Assembly (NCBI GenBank): GCA_965221695.1
Contig: OZ244905.1
Coordinates: 2,208,001 to 2,272,000 of the forward strand
Direction of reading: 5' to 3'
From: Gammaproteobacteria bacterium
GTDB taxonomy: Bacteria > Pseudomonadota > Gammaproteobacteria > Eutrophobiales > Eutrophobiaceae
Length of the DNA stretch: 64,000 nt
The position numbers and the translations under genes were made by a program. Positions 37,909 to 48,368 of this stretch are shown here, piece after piece (the stretch's first letter is position 1; each line of letters starts with the position of its first letter). The notes under the pieces are model-generated. The model saw only the letters and a program-made list of their open reading frames with translations, was not told the DNA's origin and made no database searches.

Positions 37909-37939
37909 CTGACGCGGGCGAGACGCCCGCGCTCCCAGG
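37909..37939. repeat. Family D REP hairpin
   Basis: ctgacgcgggcgagacgcccgcgctcccagg. Confidence 0.75.
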
Positions 37940-37980
37940 AAAAACGGTGAAACACAAAGTATGCTCATGCCCTGGACAGG

Positions 37981-38883
37981 TCAGGAAAATCGGGCCAGGT
38001 GTTCCCTGACTTTTTCCGTAACGGTATTCACGGCGATGGTATCGATGTTCCGATTCGGGGCCGTATGCCAGGCCGCTAGAGGTCCCCAGGGGTGGTAGCG
38101 TTCCGGGTTGCCGGGTCCAAACAGGGTAAACGAACAGGTGTTGACCGCGGCGGCAATGTGGCCGAGGCCGGAGTCATTACCGAGAAACAGGGTCATGCGT
38201 TCCATCACTGCGGCGGTCTGCAACAGTGTCGCGCGACCGCACAGGTTGATACAGGGCAGGCGCACGTGTTCGGCAATGAGTTCCGCCTGCCGGTTATCAG
38301 CTTCGTTGCCCAGCAGCGCCAGCGCGTCGAACTCGTCGCTGAGTTCATTGGCCGCCAGCGCGTAGTTTTCCGCCGGCCAGATCTTTTTTTCCCAGTTAGC
38401 GCCGGGACCGATGCACAACCACCTGTTGCCGCGCAGTTGCCGGCAGACTGTTGCGGCATAATCCTTGTCCGCCGGTCCCAGCCACAATCCGACAGGCGGT
38501 ATTTCCCGGCTTCCGATTAGTGGCGAAAGAGTGGCAAAATGTTGCTCCACCGCGTGGGGTTGCCCGCCCCTGCCTGGCTTGGTGAGCCGTTTTTCTGCCC
38601 TGACCAGGCGGGCGAGGACATCCGTGCGCAAATCAACCACGATCTCATAGCGTTTGCGGCGCAATTCCCACAGCAGAGCCGGCGCCCCGCGTAACCACCG
38701 TTGCTTTTGTTTATGATAAATCTCGCCCCGGTACGGACAATGCAGGAACAGCATGGACGAACGCGCATCACCCACGATATCAATGGTCGCGGTCTCATCA
38801 TACCGATGCAAGGACTCCAATACCGGAGTCGTCAGCAACGCATCGCCGATATTGCTCAGCGTGATGAACAGGAAGTTGCTCAT
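37981..38883 (-). CDS. Glycosyltransferase family 9
   Basis: ITLSNIGDA, K.WP, GNDSGLGHIAAA, LFGP; TAATG overlap with mnmE. Confidence 0.9.
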   Translation of the reverse strand: MSNFLFITLSNIGDALLTTPVLESLHRYDETATIDIVGDARSSMLFLHCPYRGEIYHKQKQRWLRGAPALLWELRRKRYEIVVDLRTDVLARLVRAEKRLTKPGRGGQPHAVEQHFATLSPLIGSREIPPVGLWLGPADKDYAATVCRQLRGNRWLCIGPGANWEKKIWPAENYALAANELSDEFDALALLGNEADNRQAELIAEHVRLPCINLCGRATLLQTAAVMERMTLFLGNDSGLGHIAAAVNTCSFTLFGPGNPERYHPWGPLAAWHTAPNRNIDTIAVNTVTEKVREHLARFS

Positions 38884-40244
38884 TATTTCCCTATACAAAA
38901 GCGGGAGAAGATTTCCCCGAGCAGGTCGTCAGCGCTATACTCGCCGGTGAGTTCGCCGAGTTTGCGTTGTGCCCGGGACAGGTCTTCGGCAAACAGTTCG
39001 GGTGCGCGCGTGTGCTGGTACTGCTGTGCGGCCTGTTCCAGCGCTTCTTCGACTGCGTGCAGGATGTTGAGGTGGCGGGTATGGGCAATGAAGCTGTTCT
39101 CCGATACGTCCGCGCCGGCCACCATGGTCGTTATTTCCTGTTTGAGCGCGTCCACGCCCGCGCCCGTCATGGCGGAGATATACAGTTCACGCGTGTCGTT
39201 TGCCGATGAGGGTTTGCCGGCGTCATGGCCGGTGAGGTCGATCTTGTTAAACACGTACAACAGTTTTTCCGCGCCCAGGTCTGCGGCGATGCTCTTGAGT
39301 TCACCGATATCTTCCAGGGTCGCATCGGCGATGAGAATGACCACGTCCGCGTTGTTTGCCGCTGACCTGGCGCGCCGGATGCCTTCCTGCTCGACCTGGT
39401 TGCCGGTTGTTCTTATCCCTGCGGTGTCGGTGATGCGGACCGGTATGCCGCCAATCAGGATCTGTTGCTCGATGGTATCCCGGGTGGTGCCGGGCAACGG
39501 CGATACAATCGCCCGCTCAATTTCGGCGAGGCGGTTCAGCAGGCTGGATTTCCCTGCATTGGGTTTGCCGATGATCGCAATGTTCAAGCCTTCCGCCAGC
39601 AGCCTGCCGGTTTCGGCGCCGGCGCAAATTTCGGCCAGGCAGCGCCGGCAAGCCGATAACCGGTCTTGCAGTTCAGCCTGTTCCGTAGAGCCAACCTCCT
39701 CCTCCGGAAAGTCCAGCGTCGCCTCGACGAACATGCGCAACTCGATAAGCCTGTTTGCCAACTCATCCAGTCGGGAGGAAAACGCGCCCTGCATTGAGCG
39801 GGCCGCGCTGGATGCAGCCTGTTCCGAGGCGCTGCTGATCAGGTCCGCGACGGCCTCTGCCTGCAACAGATCGATCTTGTTGTTAAGAAAGGCCCGTTCG
39901 CTGAATTCGCCGGGGCGCGCATAACGGGCGCCCAGCGACAGGACGCGTTGCAACAGCAGGTTCATTACCACCGGCCCGCCGTGGCCGTGCAGTTCGGCGA
40001 TGTCCTCGCCGGTATGTGAATCCGGCCCCTGGAAAAACAGCGCCAGGCCGCGATCCAGGACTTGTCCTTGCGCGTCGAGAAAGGTTGTCGGCCGGGCTTC
40101 CCGGTGTCCGGGCTTGGCCCCGCATATTGCCTTGACGATGTTGCCGCTGTCCGGCCCGGAGAGCTTTACGATCCCCACCGCTGCCTGTCCCGGCGCCGTG
40201 GCTATGGCCGCAATGGTATCTGTCTGTTCCGGCTTGCCGACCAT
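38883..40244 (-). CDS. mnmE: tRNA modification GTPase MnmE
   Basis: DTIAAIAT, GKPNAGKSS, GTTRD, DTAG, NKID, FCIGK; RBS before 40244. Confidence 0.97.
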   Translation of the reverse strand: MVGKPEQTDTIAAIATAPGQAAVGIVKLSGPDSGNIVKAICGAKPGHREARPTTFLDAQGQVLDRGLALFFQGPDSHTGEDIAELHGHGGPVVMNLLLQRVLSLGARYARPGEFSERAFLNNKIDLLQAEAVADLISSASEQAASSAARSMQGAFSSRLDELANRLIELRMFVEATLDFPEEEVGSTEQAELQDRLSACRRCLAEICAGAETGRLLAEGLNIAIIGKPNAGKSSLLNRLAEIERAIVSPLPGTTRDTIEQQILIGGIPVRITDTAGIRTTGNQVEQEGIRRARSAANNADVVILIADATLEDIGELKSIAADLGAEKLLYVFNKIDLTGHDAGKPSSANDTRELYISAMTGAGVDALKQEITTMVAGADVSENSFIAHTRHLNILHAVEEALEQAAQQYQHTRAPELFAEDLSRAQRKLGELTGEYSADDLLGEIFSRFCIGK

Positions 40245-40254
40245 TGCTGCCTCC

Positions 40255-41895
40255 TCACTTGGAAGCGGAAAGGCCCTCTTTTTCCAGGTTTTTTGTGATG
40301 AACCACTGCTGGGCAATGGACAGGATGTTGTTGGTTACCCAGTACAACACCAGCCCGGATGGGAAAAAAGCGAAGAACACCGTGAAGATGAACGGCAGGG
40401 CCTTCATCACTTTTTCCTGCAACGGGTCCATGGGGGCGGGGTTGAGTCTCTGCTGGATCAGCATGGTGGCCCCCATGATGATCGGCAGGACGAAAAACGG
40501 GTCCTTGCTGGAGAGGTCCTTGAGCCAGAAAATAAAGTCAGCCTGGCGCAATTCAACGCTTTCCAGCAGCACCCAGTACAGGGCCAGGAACACGGGAATC
40601 TGCACCAGGATCGGAAAACAACCGCCGAACGGATTGATTTTCTCCTCCTTGTATATCTGCATCATCGCCTGATTGAGGCGGGCCCGGTCTTCCTTGTAGC
40701 GGTCGCGCAGCGCGACTATCCGCGGTTGCACCCGGCGCATGTTCGCCATGGACCGGTAGCCCGCGGCAGACAGGTGGTAGAACAGCAGCTTGAGCAGGAC
40801 GGTCACCAGGATGATGGCCCAGCCCCAGTTGCCGGTCAGGCCGTGCAAGCGTTCCAGGCACCAGAACAGCGGTTTGGCCAGGAACCACAGCACGCCGTAG
40901 TCAACGGTCAATTCCAGTCCTTCCGCCAGGGTTTCCAGCACGGATTGCTGCTTGGGGCCGATGTAAAGATGGCCTGTCAATTCTCCCTTTTGCCCGGGAG
41001 GGATAGTCAGGGTCGGGGAAACGCTGCCTATCGAATAATACCGGGAAGAGAACGAGCGGGTATAGTAACGATACGTGGCCTCCGTGTCCGAAGGCAGAAC
41101 GGCGGTCAGGAAATAATGCTGTATCATCGCTACCCAGCCATTATTGACTTGCACGTCCGCATCCTTGTCTTCCATATCGCCGAAACTGATTTTTTCGTAG
41201 CGGTTGTCAGGAGTGGAGAGCACCGCGCCGGTGTACGTGTATAGCAGTCTTCTGCCTTCCCTGGACGGATCATCCCGTTTTATCTGGGTGTACTGGCGGC
41301 CTTCCCAATCGCCGCCGGAAGCGTTATCGATGATGTACTTGATCTGAACCCGGTAGGAACCGCGTTCGAACACGAATACCTTGGTTACCGCTATGCCCTC
41401 TGCGGAAGACCACTTCAACGGCACCTCCAGCCGCTCCCTGCCGGCGTCCAGGGTGTAGGTCTGCCGTTCCGTCGTGAACGTGTCCTTGTGAGTCGGCGCC
41501 ACTTCGCCGACGATACCGCTTTGTATCACGTGGTACAGGGACGCGGAGTCATCCAGCAGTACGAAAGGCTGATCTTTTCTGTCCAACGATACCGGATAAT
41601 CAGGCAACTCGGCATAGACGATGGTTCCGCCTTCGTCGATTTTAATGCGCAGCACGTCCGTCTCAACTGTCACGACAGCGCTGCCGGCGCCGTCCGATCT
41701 CTCCTTGGTCGGGAAATCGGGCGTAGACGGCTCGTCGGGTTTTATCTGTGGAATTCCCGGATCTTCATCAACAGGCGCCGATGCCTGCCCGGCAGCGCCG
41801 GACTGCGCGGCGCCATAGTCCCGCTGCCATGCTTCCCACAACATGATGGAGACCAGCGACAGCGCCAGGATGAGAATAAACCGCGGTGTATCCAT
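40255..41895 (-). CDS. yidC: Membrane protein insertase YidC
   Basis: VDYG, GNWGWAII, NPFGGCFPILVQIP, LVLYW. Confidence 0.97.
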   Translation of the reverse strand: MDTPRFILILALSLVSIMLWEAWQRDYGAAQSGAAGQASAPVDEDPGIPQIKPDEPSTPDFPTKERSDGAGSAVVTVETDVLRIKIDEGGTIVYAELPDYPVSLDRKDQPFVLLDDSASLYHVIQSGIVGEVAPTHKDTFTTERQTYTLDAGRERLEVPLKWSSAEGIAVTKVFVFERGSYRVQIKYIIDNASGGDWEGRQYTQIKRDDPSREGRRLLYTYTGAVLSTPDNRYEKISFGDMEDKDADVQVNNGWVAMIQHYFLTAVLPSDTEATYRYYTRSFSSRYYSIGSVSPTLTIPPGQKGELTGHLYIGPKQQSVLETLAEGLELTVDYGVLWFLAKPLFWCLERLHGLTGNWGWAIILVTVLLKLLFYHLSAAGYRSMANMRRVQPRIVALRDRYKEDRARLNQAMMQIYKEEKINPFGGCFPILVQIPVFLALYWVLLESVELRQADFIFWLKDLSSKDPFFVLPIIMGATMLIQQRLNPAPMDPLQEKVMKALPFIFTVFFAFFPSGLVLYWVTNNILSIAQQWFITKNLEKEGLSASK

Positions 41896-41907
41896 AATAT
41901 GATCGGA

Positions 41908-42147
41908 CTAGGGAACGGGGTCTACGCCGCCCGGGTGAAACGGATGGCAACGGCATATGCGTTGAATGCTGAGCCGCAAGCCGCGCAAGGTCCCATGTTT
42001 TTCAATGGCTTCACAGGCAAAGTTCGAGCAAGACGGGTAAAAGCGGCAGTTCATGCCCAGGAAAGGGCTGACAAAGCGCTGATAACAGCGGATTGCTCCG
42101 GAGATTGTCCTGGAGATTATTGCGCGCATCGCAGAATCCTTTGCCAA
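41908..42147 (-). CDS. yidD: Membrane protein insertion efficiency factor
   Basis: [22 protein letters not shown]. Confidence 0.93.
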   Translation of the reverse strand: MAKDSAMRAIISRTISGAIRCYQRFVSPFLGMNCRFYPSCSNFACEAIEKHGTLRGLRLSIQRICRCHPFHPGGVDPVP

Positions 42148-42464
42148 TGGGCCCTGAGAGACTGGTTCATTATCCTGCTTTCATCCGGCTTTATCTGTTG
42201 CTGCGCCAGGACCACGATGTCAAGGCCTGACAATATATCAGTGTGTGCGCGGAAACTTTCCCGTATGGTGCGTTTAACTTTGTTTCTGGTTACCGCGCCC
42301 TTCACCGCTTTCCTGGAAATCGCCAGACCGAGCCGCGCACAACCCTTATCGTTTCTGCGCGCCAGGACAACAAACTGCGAATCCCGGGAGCGGCAGGATG
42401 TCTTAAATACGTTATTGTAATCCGCTGCGCTGTTAAGTCTTTGTTTTCGCAGGAAACGGCTCAA
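42117..42464 (-). CDS. rnpA: RNase P protein component
   Basis: [23 protein letters not shown]; TTG start overlapping rpmH stop. Confidence 0.93.
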   Translation of the reverse strand: MSRFLRKQRLNSAADYNNVFKTSCRSRDSQFVVLARRNDKGCARLGLAISRKAVKGAVTRNKVKRTIRESFRAHTDILSGLDIVVLAQQQIKPDESRIMNQSLRAHWQRILRCAQ

Positions 42465-42595
42465 GCGGACAAGCGCTTCCTGCCTTTGGCTCTGCGGGAC
42501 TTCAGTATTTGTCGCCCGGCTTTGGTACGCATGCGAATGCGAAAGCCATGGCGGCGTTTTCGCTTGATATTGCTGGGCTGGTATGTACGTTTCAT
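42461..42595 (-). CDS. rpmH: 50S ribosomal protein L34 (absent from ORF track)
   Basis: [44 protein letters not shown] read by hand. Confidence 0.97.
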   Translation of the reverse strand: MKRTYQPSNIKRKRRHGFRIRMRTKAGRQILKSRRAKGRKRLSA

Positions 42596-42773
42596 TGGCT
42601 ATCTTTGCAGTTTCCGAAAATCGCAGGCATTTTACTTATATGGACGCCGGGTTGTCAACGAGGGCAGACCCTGCTTCCGGTTCTGTAATGATATTGTATT
42701 GGATATGTCCGTCCAACGGGTATAAACTTGAATGTCCCGTTCCCGTTTTATTCCGATGAGGCGCAGTTCGTAG

Positions 42774-44090
42774 ATGTCAGCTTGGAAATTATGTCTTGAC
42801 CGGCTTGCCGGAGAACTGCCTCCGGAGCAGTTCAATACCTGGATTCGTCCGCTGCAGGCGATAGAAGACAAAAACAAGTTGCGCCTGCTCGCGCCGAACC
42901 GGTTTGTACTCGACTGGGTCAATGAGAGATACCTGCAGCGCATCGATGAATTACTGCGTTCGGAAAACCGGGGCGGCAAGCTGGCCTTGTCTCTCGAGGT
43001 CGGCAGCCAGAAAACAGGGACCAGACAGCCGAAGAACAGGAAAGAGGCGAGTTCCGGCCGCAACTACCTGCCGGAGAACCTTAACCGCAGCTACAGGTTT
43101 ACATCCTTCGTGGAAGGCAAGTCGAACCAGTTGGCGCGGGCCGCGGCGATACAGGTCGCGGAAAACCCGGGCACTGCGTATAACCCGCTGTTCATGTGCG
43201 GCGGCGTAGGTCTTGGAAAAACCCATCTTATGCATGCAATAGGCAATTCGATCCTGGAACACCGGCCGGGGATGAATGTTGCCTACCTGCACTCCGAGCG
43301 GTTCGTCGCCGACATGGTCAAGGCATTACGCCACAATACTATTGATGAGTTCAAACGAAATTACCGGTCTCTGGACGTGCTGCTGATCGATGACATCCAG
43401 TTCTTTGCCGGCAAGGACCGGTCGCAGGAAGAGTTTTTCTATACATTCAATACCTTGCTGGAAAGCAAAAACCAGGTAGTGCTGACCTGCGACCGTTATC
43501 CGAAAGAAGTTGACGGCATCGAAGGCCGCTTGCGATCCCGTTTCAGTATGGGACTGACTGTTGCGATAGAACCGCCGGAATACGAAACCCGGGTTGCCAT
43601 CGTCAAATCCAAGGCGGAAGACACGGAGGTTGACCTGCCGGACAATGTCGCGTTTTTCATTGCCAAGCGCTTCGTGTCGAACGTGCGCGAACTGGAGGGC
43701 GCGCTGAACCGGGTCATCGCCAATTCCCGGCTGACCGGAGAACCCATAGACATTGAGTTCTGCCAGCATGCGTTGCGCGATTTGTTGCTGTTGCAGGAAC
43801 GCCAGGTTACCCTGGAAAACATCCAGAAGGTCACTGCGGGGTATTACAAGATCAAGGTCGCGGATTTGCTGTCAAAGCGGAAAAGCCGCTCTATCGCGCG
43901 CCCGCGGCAACTGGCGATGGCCTTGGCGAAGGAATTGACCAACCACAGCTTGCCTGAAATCGGCGACGCCTTCGGGGGGCGCGACCATACCACGGTTTTG
44001 CACGCCCACAGGAAAGTGGCGGAACTGCGGCAAGACGATAACAGGGTTGAGGAAGACTACAAAAACCTGCTCAGCATCCTGACGATGTAG
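42774..44090 (+). CDS. dnaA: Chromosomal replication initiator DnaA
   Basis: [41 protein letters not shown]. Confidence 0.99.
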   Translation: MSAWKLCLDRLAGELPPEQFNTWIRPLQAIEDKNKLRLLAPNRFVLDWVNERYLQRIDELLRSENRGGKLALSLEVGSQKTGTRQPKNRKEASSGRNYLPENLNRSYRFTSFVEGKSNQLARAAAIQVAENPGTAYNPLFMCGGVGLGKTHLMHAIGNSILEHRPGMNVAYLHSERFVADMVKALRHNTIDEFKRNYRSLDVLLIDDIQFFAGKDRSQEEFFYTFNTLLESKNQVVLTCDRYPKEVDGIEGRLRSRFSMGLTVAIEPPEYETRVAIVKSKAEDTEVDLPDNVAFFIAKRFVSNVRELEGALNRVIANSRLTGEPIDIEFCQHALRDLLLLQERQVTLENIQKVTAGYYKIKVADLLSKRKSRSIARPRQLAMALAKELTNHSLPEIGDAFGGRDHTTVLHAHRKVAELRQDDNRVEEDYKNLLSILTM

Positions 44091-44249
44091 CATCAGTCCC
44101 GTGATACGAATAGCAAGAGAAACCGGGGGCGGTGGCCTGCGTTTGCGCTCAGGGTTTGGAAATTGCCGGCCAATTGGCGGTTCTGCCCCATACCCGGATA
44201 CCGGTCCTGCTCTATCAGCGCGGGCATTCGGCATCACATTGTAGCCGGA

Positions 44250-44291
44250 ATGTCACATAAACATCGCCGTATTGTCATATAAACCTTTCAG
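44250..44291 (+). promoter_or_regulatory. Putative Pho boxes upstream of porin
   Basis: TGTCAC at 44251 and TGTCAT at 44273, 22 bp apart (two 11-bp periods). Confidence 0.6.
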
Positions 44292-44422
44292 AATAATTCC
44301 CAGAGTTGACCTGACCCGGATTTCTCGCCAGGCGATGTGATCATCGCACCGGATGTTATCCGTCTACGGTACTACTGAACCCATACACCAGAAATCAGCA
44401 TAACGCTTTAAGGAGAAATAAC

Positions 44423-45910
44423 ATGTTTAAAGCCATCAACAGGTATGCCTGTGCCATATTGGTGATCAGCACAATGGCCATGTTGACCATGCCGGCCCAT
44501 GCAGCCAATGACGCATTGTTGGAGCTGTTGAAAATCCTCAGGGACAAGGGGGGCATCACCCAGCAGGAATACGAGTTGCTCAGGGATACTGCCCAGACGG
44601 ACACAGGACCGGCTACCGTCGCGGAAACCTCCGCGCCAACTTCTGCCGAACCGACGCCGCAGGTGGTCGCCGCGGTCAAGCCGGCGCCGGAAATCACGAC
44701 CAAGGGAAAATTGGAAATCAGCACAGATGAACACAAGTTCCGCATCGGCGGGCGCGCCCAGCACGACTTCACCCTGGTCGGCAATGACGGCGACGGCAAC
44801 GTGGGGAGCAGTGAGCAGCAGTTTCGCCGGGCGCGTATCTTCCTGTCCGGCACGGCCTGGGAACACTGGGACTGGAAGTTCCAGTTCGACTTTGAGGACG
44901 CCGATGACAGCAGCATGTCAATCGAAGATGCGTACATAAAGTACAAAGGTTGGAGCCCGGCTGCCGTGACCGTCGGCCAGCGCAAGGCGCCGTTCTCCCT
45001 GGGCACGCTGACCAGTTCCAAGTACATCACGTTTATCGAACGCTCAGCGCCTACCGACCTGTTCTCCTCGGAGTCCATCGGTATCGGTGGTCGCTTACCC
45101 GGCATCACACTGGAGAACAGGGGCAAGAATCACTCACTTGCGGGTGGTTTCTACCTGATGCGGCAGCGCGGCGATGCCGCCGATATCGATACATTCACCG
45201 ACAGCGCCGGGGATATCGTGGAGGTGGAACTGGGCACGGACTCTATCAGCGAGCGCAAGATTGACGATGGCTGGGGGGTCACCGCGCGAGCCACCTGGCT
45301 ACCGGTCAACCGTGCCGGCAACCAACTGGTTCATGCCGGCGCCGCCCTCGGCTATAAACATTATCCGAACAAGAAGGTGAACCGTTTCCGCGTGCGCCCG
45401 GCTGTCTCCGAGGGGGACCGGATCGTGGATTCCGACGGGTCGGTTGCGGCCGATAATTTCCTGGGTTTGAACCTGGAAGCGGCCAGCATCTGGGGTCCGT
45501 TCGCGGCCAGCGCGGAATACTATTACGGTGATTTTGACGGTACCGGCGCCACCGGCGCCACCGACATGGAAGGGTTTTACGTCCAGGGCAGTTATTTTCT
45601 CACCGGGGAGAACCGCCGATATAAAAATGGCGCGTTCACCAGTGTTAAAGTGAAAGACCCGGTCGGCAGCGGCGGTTGGGGCGGTTGGGAAGTGGGTTTG
45701 CGCTACAGTTCCACTGATCTCGGTTCGGGTATCGGCGCAGATTCCGGCGATGTGCTCACTGCCGCGCTGAACTGGTATGTGAACAACAACATGATGTTCA
45801 AGCTGAACTACGTCAAAACATTCTGCGATCGCGGCAGCGACACCTGTGACTGGGGCATGGGCGACGGCGACCCCGAATACCTGTCATTCCGCACCCAGGT
45901 GTTTTTCTAG
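44423..45910 (+). CDS. Phosphate-selective porin OprO/OprP family
   Basis: Signal peptide, FRRARI, SSKYITFIERS, YFLTGE.R.Y, LNWY, terminal F; next to phoBR. Confidence 0.88.
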   Translation: MFKAINRYACAILVISTMAMLTMPAHAANDALLELLKILRDKGGITQQEYELLRDTAQTDTGPATVAETSAPTSAEPTPQVVAAVKPAPEITTKGKLEISTDEHKFRIGGRAQHDFTLVGNDGDGNVGSSEQQFRRARIFLSGTAWEHWDWKFQFDFEDADDSSMSIEDAYIKYKGWSPAAVTVGQRKAPFSLGTLTSSKYITFIERSAPTDLFSSESIGIGGRLPGITLENRGKNHSLAGGFYLMRQRGDAADIDTFTDSAGDIVEVELGTDSISERKIDDGWGVTARATWLPVNRAGNQLVHAGAALGYKHYPNKKVNRFRVRPAVSEGDRIVDSDGSVAADNFLGLNLEAASIWGPFAASAEYYYGDFDGTGATGATDMEGFYVQGSYFLTGENRRYKNGAFTSVKVKDPVGSGGWGGWEVGLRYSSTDLGSGIGADSGDVLTAALNWYVNNNMMFKLNYVKTFCDRGSDTCDWGMGDGDPEYLSFRTQVFF

Positions 45911-45938
45911 CCTGATGAGTGCATTTGCCGGGTTGTAT

Positions 45939-46128
45939 GCGAGAAGCGGAATCCAGCGAGATAAAGGGTCGCCCTTCGGGCGACACAGTATTTAACTGGA
46001 CTCCCGCTTTCGCGGGAGTGGATCAGTGGCAGGGTGGCACTGTATTCGACTGGACTCCCACTTTCGCGGGAGTGGTTCGTGGCAGGGCGATACAATATTT
46101 GACTGGACTCCCACTGTTGGGGGTGTGG
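45939..46128. repeat. Family C REPIN followed by tandem 53-54-bp REP units
   Basis: ctggactccc at 45996, 46050 and 46103; gtcgcccttcgggcgac hairpin. Confidence 0.85.
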
Positions 46129-46147
46129 TACGAGGACATCCCGCAGC

Positions 46148-46165
46148 TTGTCATCATGTTGTAAT
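46148..46165 (+). promoter_or_regulatory. Pho box upstream of phoB
   Basis: TTGTCAT-catg-TTGTAAT direct repeat with 11-bp spacing. Confidence 0.75.
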
Positions 46166-46208
46166 ATAATAGCTGTGTAATAGTCAGATGCTACGGGAAA
46201 GTCAAACC

Positions 46209-46898
46209 ATGAAAGGCAAAATTCTCCTTGTTGAGGATGAAGCCCCGATCAGGGAAATGCTGGGCTATGCGCTGATGAAAGAGGGCTATACGTTCCGCGA
46301 AGCGGCAGATGTCGAAGAGGCCCGGCCGCTGATTACTGATGACAGACCTGATCTGCTCCTGCTTGACTGGATGTTGCCGGGCATGAACGGAGTCGATTAT
46401 GCGAGGCGTATTCGCAACAATCCCGATACCAGTGATATCCCGATTATCATGTTGACGGCACGGGGAGAGGAGGGGGACAAGGTGCGTGGTCTGGATACCG
46501 GCGCGGATGACTACATCACCAAACCCTTTTCCACGAAGGAACTGCTGGCGCGCATCAGGGCGGTAATGCGGCGTACAAAAGATACGGATGCCGAGGGTAT
46601 AATCACCGTAGAAGGCCTGGCCCTGGACCCGGATACTTTCAGGGTTACCGTAGATGGAAAAGTCGTAGAGATCAGTCCGACGGAATTTCGCCTGTTGCAC
46701 TTTTTTATCTCGCACCCGGAGCGGGTCTACACGCGCGGGCAGTTACTGGACCAGGTCTGGGGGCAGAATGTATATGTTGAAGAGCGCACCGTGGACGTTC
46801 ACATTCGACGCTTGCGCAAAACCCTGGAACCGTATCAGTACAGTCACTTGGTTCAAACAGTACGCAGCGTCGGGTATCGTTTCTCCACCAGGAATTAA
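46209..46898 (+). CDS. phoB: Phosphate regulon response regulator
   Basis: LLDWMLPG, GADDYITKPFS, VEERTVDVHIRRLRK. Confidence 0.97.
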   Translation: MKGKILLVEDEAPIREMLGYALMKEGYTFREAADVEEARPLITDDRPDLLLLDWMLPGMNGVDYARRIRNNPDTSDIPIIMLTARGEEGDKVRGLDTGADDYITKPFSTKELLARIRAVMRRTKDTDAEGIITVEGLALDPDTFRVTVDGKVVEISPTEFRLLHFFISHPERVYTRGQLLDQVWGQNVYVEERTVDVHIRRLRKTLEPYQYSHLVQTVRSVGYRFSTRN

Positions 46899-48218
46899 AT
46901 GCATCCTGACCTGTTCCGGCTCGGTTTCATAGTTGTTCTTTCAGGGTTTGCGGGGCTGCTTGCGGGCAACGTGTTCGCCGGCCTGGCAATCGGTTTACTC
47001 GCTTGTTTGATCTGGCAACAGCGAATATTGAGATACATCAGCAAGTCCCTGCGCCATGGACATGAGCAAAAAAATCCCCCCGATGTCCCGGGCGTCATCA
47101 ATGAGATAATCCGGGGGATCGATGCCCTGCGCGCACATCACAAGCAACGGGAAGAGAAACTTGCCGGTTTTCTGTCGCGTTTTGAGGAAGCGACCGAGGC
47201 CTTGCCCGATGCCGTTATCGTAATGAATGTTTCCGGACAAGTGGAATGGGCCAATACAAAAGCGTCCGAATACCTCGGCATCCGATTACCCCGGGACCGC
47301 GGCCAGCGTATCACCCATATTATCAGGCAACCTGAGCTGCTGAATTACCTGGCGGATTTGGCCAAGGGTTCAACGCCAGACGGCCTGTTTATCTCAGCCC
47401 CGGTGGACGTAGAGGTCGGCCTGGAAATCAGGATCACCAGGTATGCGGAATCGTCGCTGCTGCTGGTGGCGAGAAATGTCACTGATATTCAGCGCGCCAA
47501 CCGGATGCGCAAGGATTTTATTGCCAACGCGTCCCATGAATTGCGCACGCCAATCACGGTGATTTCAGGTTATCTCGAAGCCGTGGAAAATGAAGCCAAC
47601 GACCAGATGCCGGAGTGGGGACCACGAATAAAACAAATGCGAAACCAGACCAGGCGTATGCAGAGCCTGATCGAGGACCTGCTGAAATTGTCCAAGCTGG
47701 AGAGCAGTCACTCTGCAAACCTCAATACTGAAGTTGACATGGCAGAGTTGATCTCGGTGGTTCACGGCGAGGCACAGACTCTCAGCGGTGAGCAAGACCA
47801 TAGTTTCTCCCTGGACACACAGCCCGGGTTGCTGGTAAAAGGAGACTATGACAGCTTGTACAGCGCATTTTCCAACATTGTTTTCAACGCCGTGCAATAT
47901 ACCCCGCGCGCCGGGGCAGTCGGGATAAAATGGTATCGCACCGGAACGGGCGCGTGTTTGGAAGTAACCGATTCCGGCGAGGGTATCCCGGCAGAGCATA
48001 TTCATCGCGTAACGGAGCGTTTCTATCGTGTCGACAAGAGCCGTTCCAGGGAAAAGGGAGGCACCGGTCTCGGGCTGGCCATTGCCAAACACGTTATGGT
48101 TCAGCACGATGCCGAATTGCACCTAAGCAGTGAGCCAGGCAACGGTACAACAGTTAAATGCGTGTTTCCCGAACACCGGGTGGTTCAACTTGCGCAGACA
48201 CCCGGCAAGCAGGAATGA
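46899..48218 (+). CDS. phoR: Phosphate regulon sensor kinase
   Basis: ALPDAV PAS, DFIANASHELRTP, GGTGLGLAI. Confidence 0.96.
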   Translation: MHPDLFRLGFIVVLSGFAGLLAGNVFAGLAIGLLACLIWQQRILRYISKSLRHGHEQKNPPDVPGVINEIIRGIDALRAHHKQREEKLAGFLSRFEEATEALPDAVIVMNVSGQVEWANTKASEYLGIRLPRDRGQRITHIIRQPELLNYLADLAKGSTPDGLFISAPVDVEVGLEIRITRYAESSLLLVARNVTDIQRANRMRKDFIANASHELRTPITVISGYLEAVENEANDQMPEWGPRIKQMRNQTRRMQSLIEDLLKLSKLESSHSANLNTEVDMAELISVVHGEAQTLSGEQDHSFSLDTQPGLLVKGDYDSLYSAFSNIVFNAVQYTPRAGAVGIKWYRTGTGACLEVTDSGEGIPAEHIHRVTERFYRVDKSRSREKGGTGLGLAIAKHVMVQHDAELHLSSEPGNGTTVKCVFPEHRVVQLAQTPGKQE

Positions 48219-48307
48219 TGGCTGGCTGTGGTTTGAGGTTTTGCCTTGAATACCAGTCGGCCCTTTGCGGACTCGACAGTTGGCGTCGAATCATGTTGCC
48301 ATGCGCG

Positions 48308-48325
48308 CTGTAATATTATCTTAAC
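48308..48325 (+). promoter_or_regulatory. Possible Pho box upstream of pstS
   Basis: CTGTAAT-atta-TCTTAAC, degenerate. Confidence 0.4.
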
Positions 48326-48368
48326 AATCATGGTGTTCAATACGACAGACCTCATTGTGAAATCTTGA

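Noticed and set aside
42596-42773. oriC between rpmH and dnaA
   Set aside because: No canonical DnaA boxes or AT-rich unwinding repeats were seen
45980-46128. Three palindromic repeats at 53-54-bp spacing as a CRISPR array
   Set aside because: The intervening sequences are similar to each other, the repeats are degenerate and dispersed elsewhere in the window, and no cas genes are present
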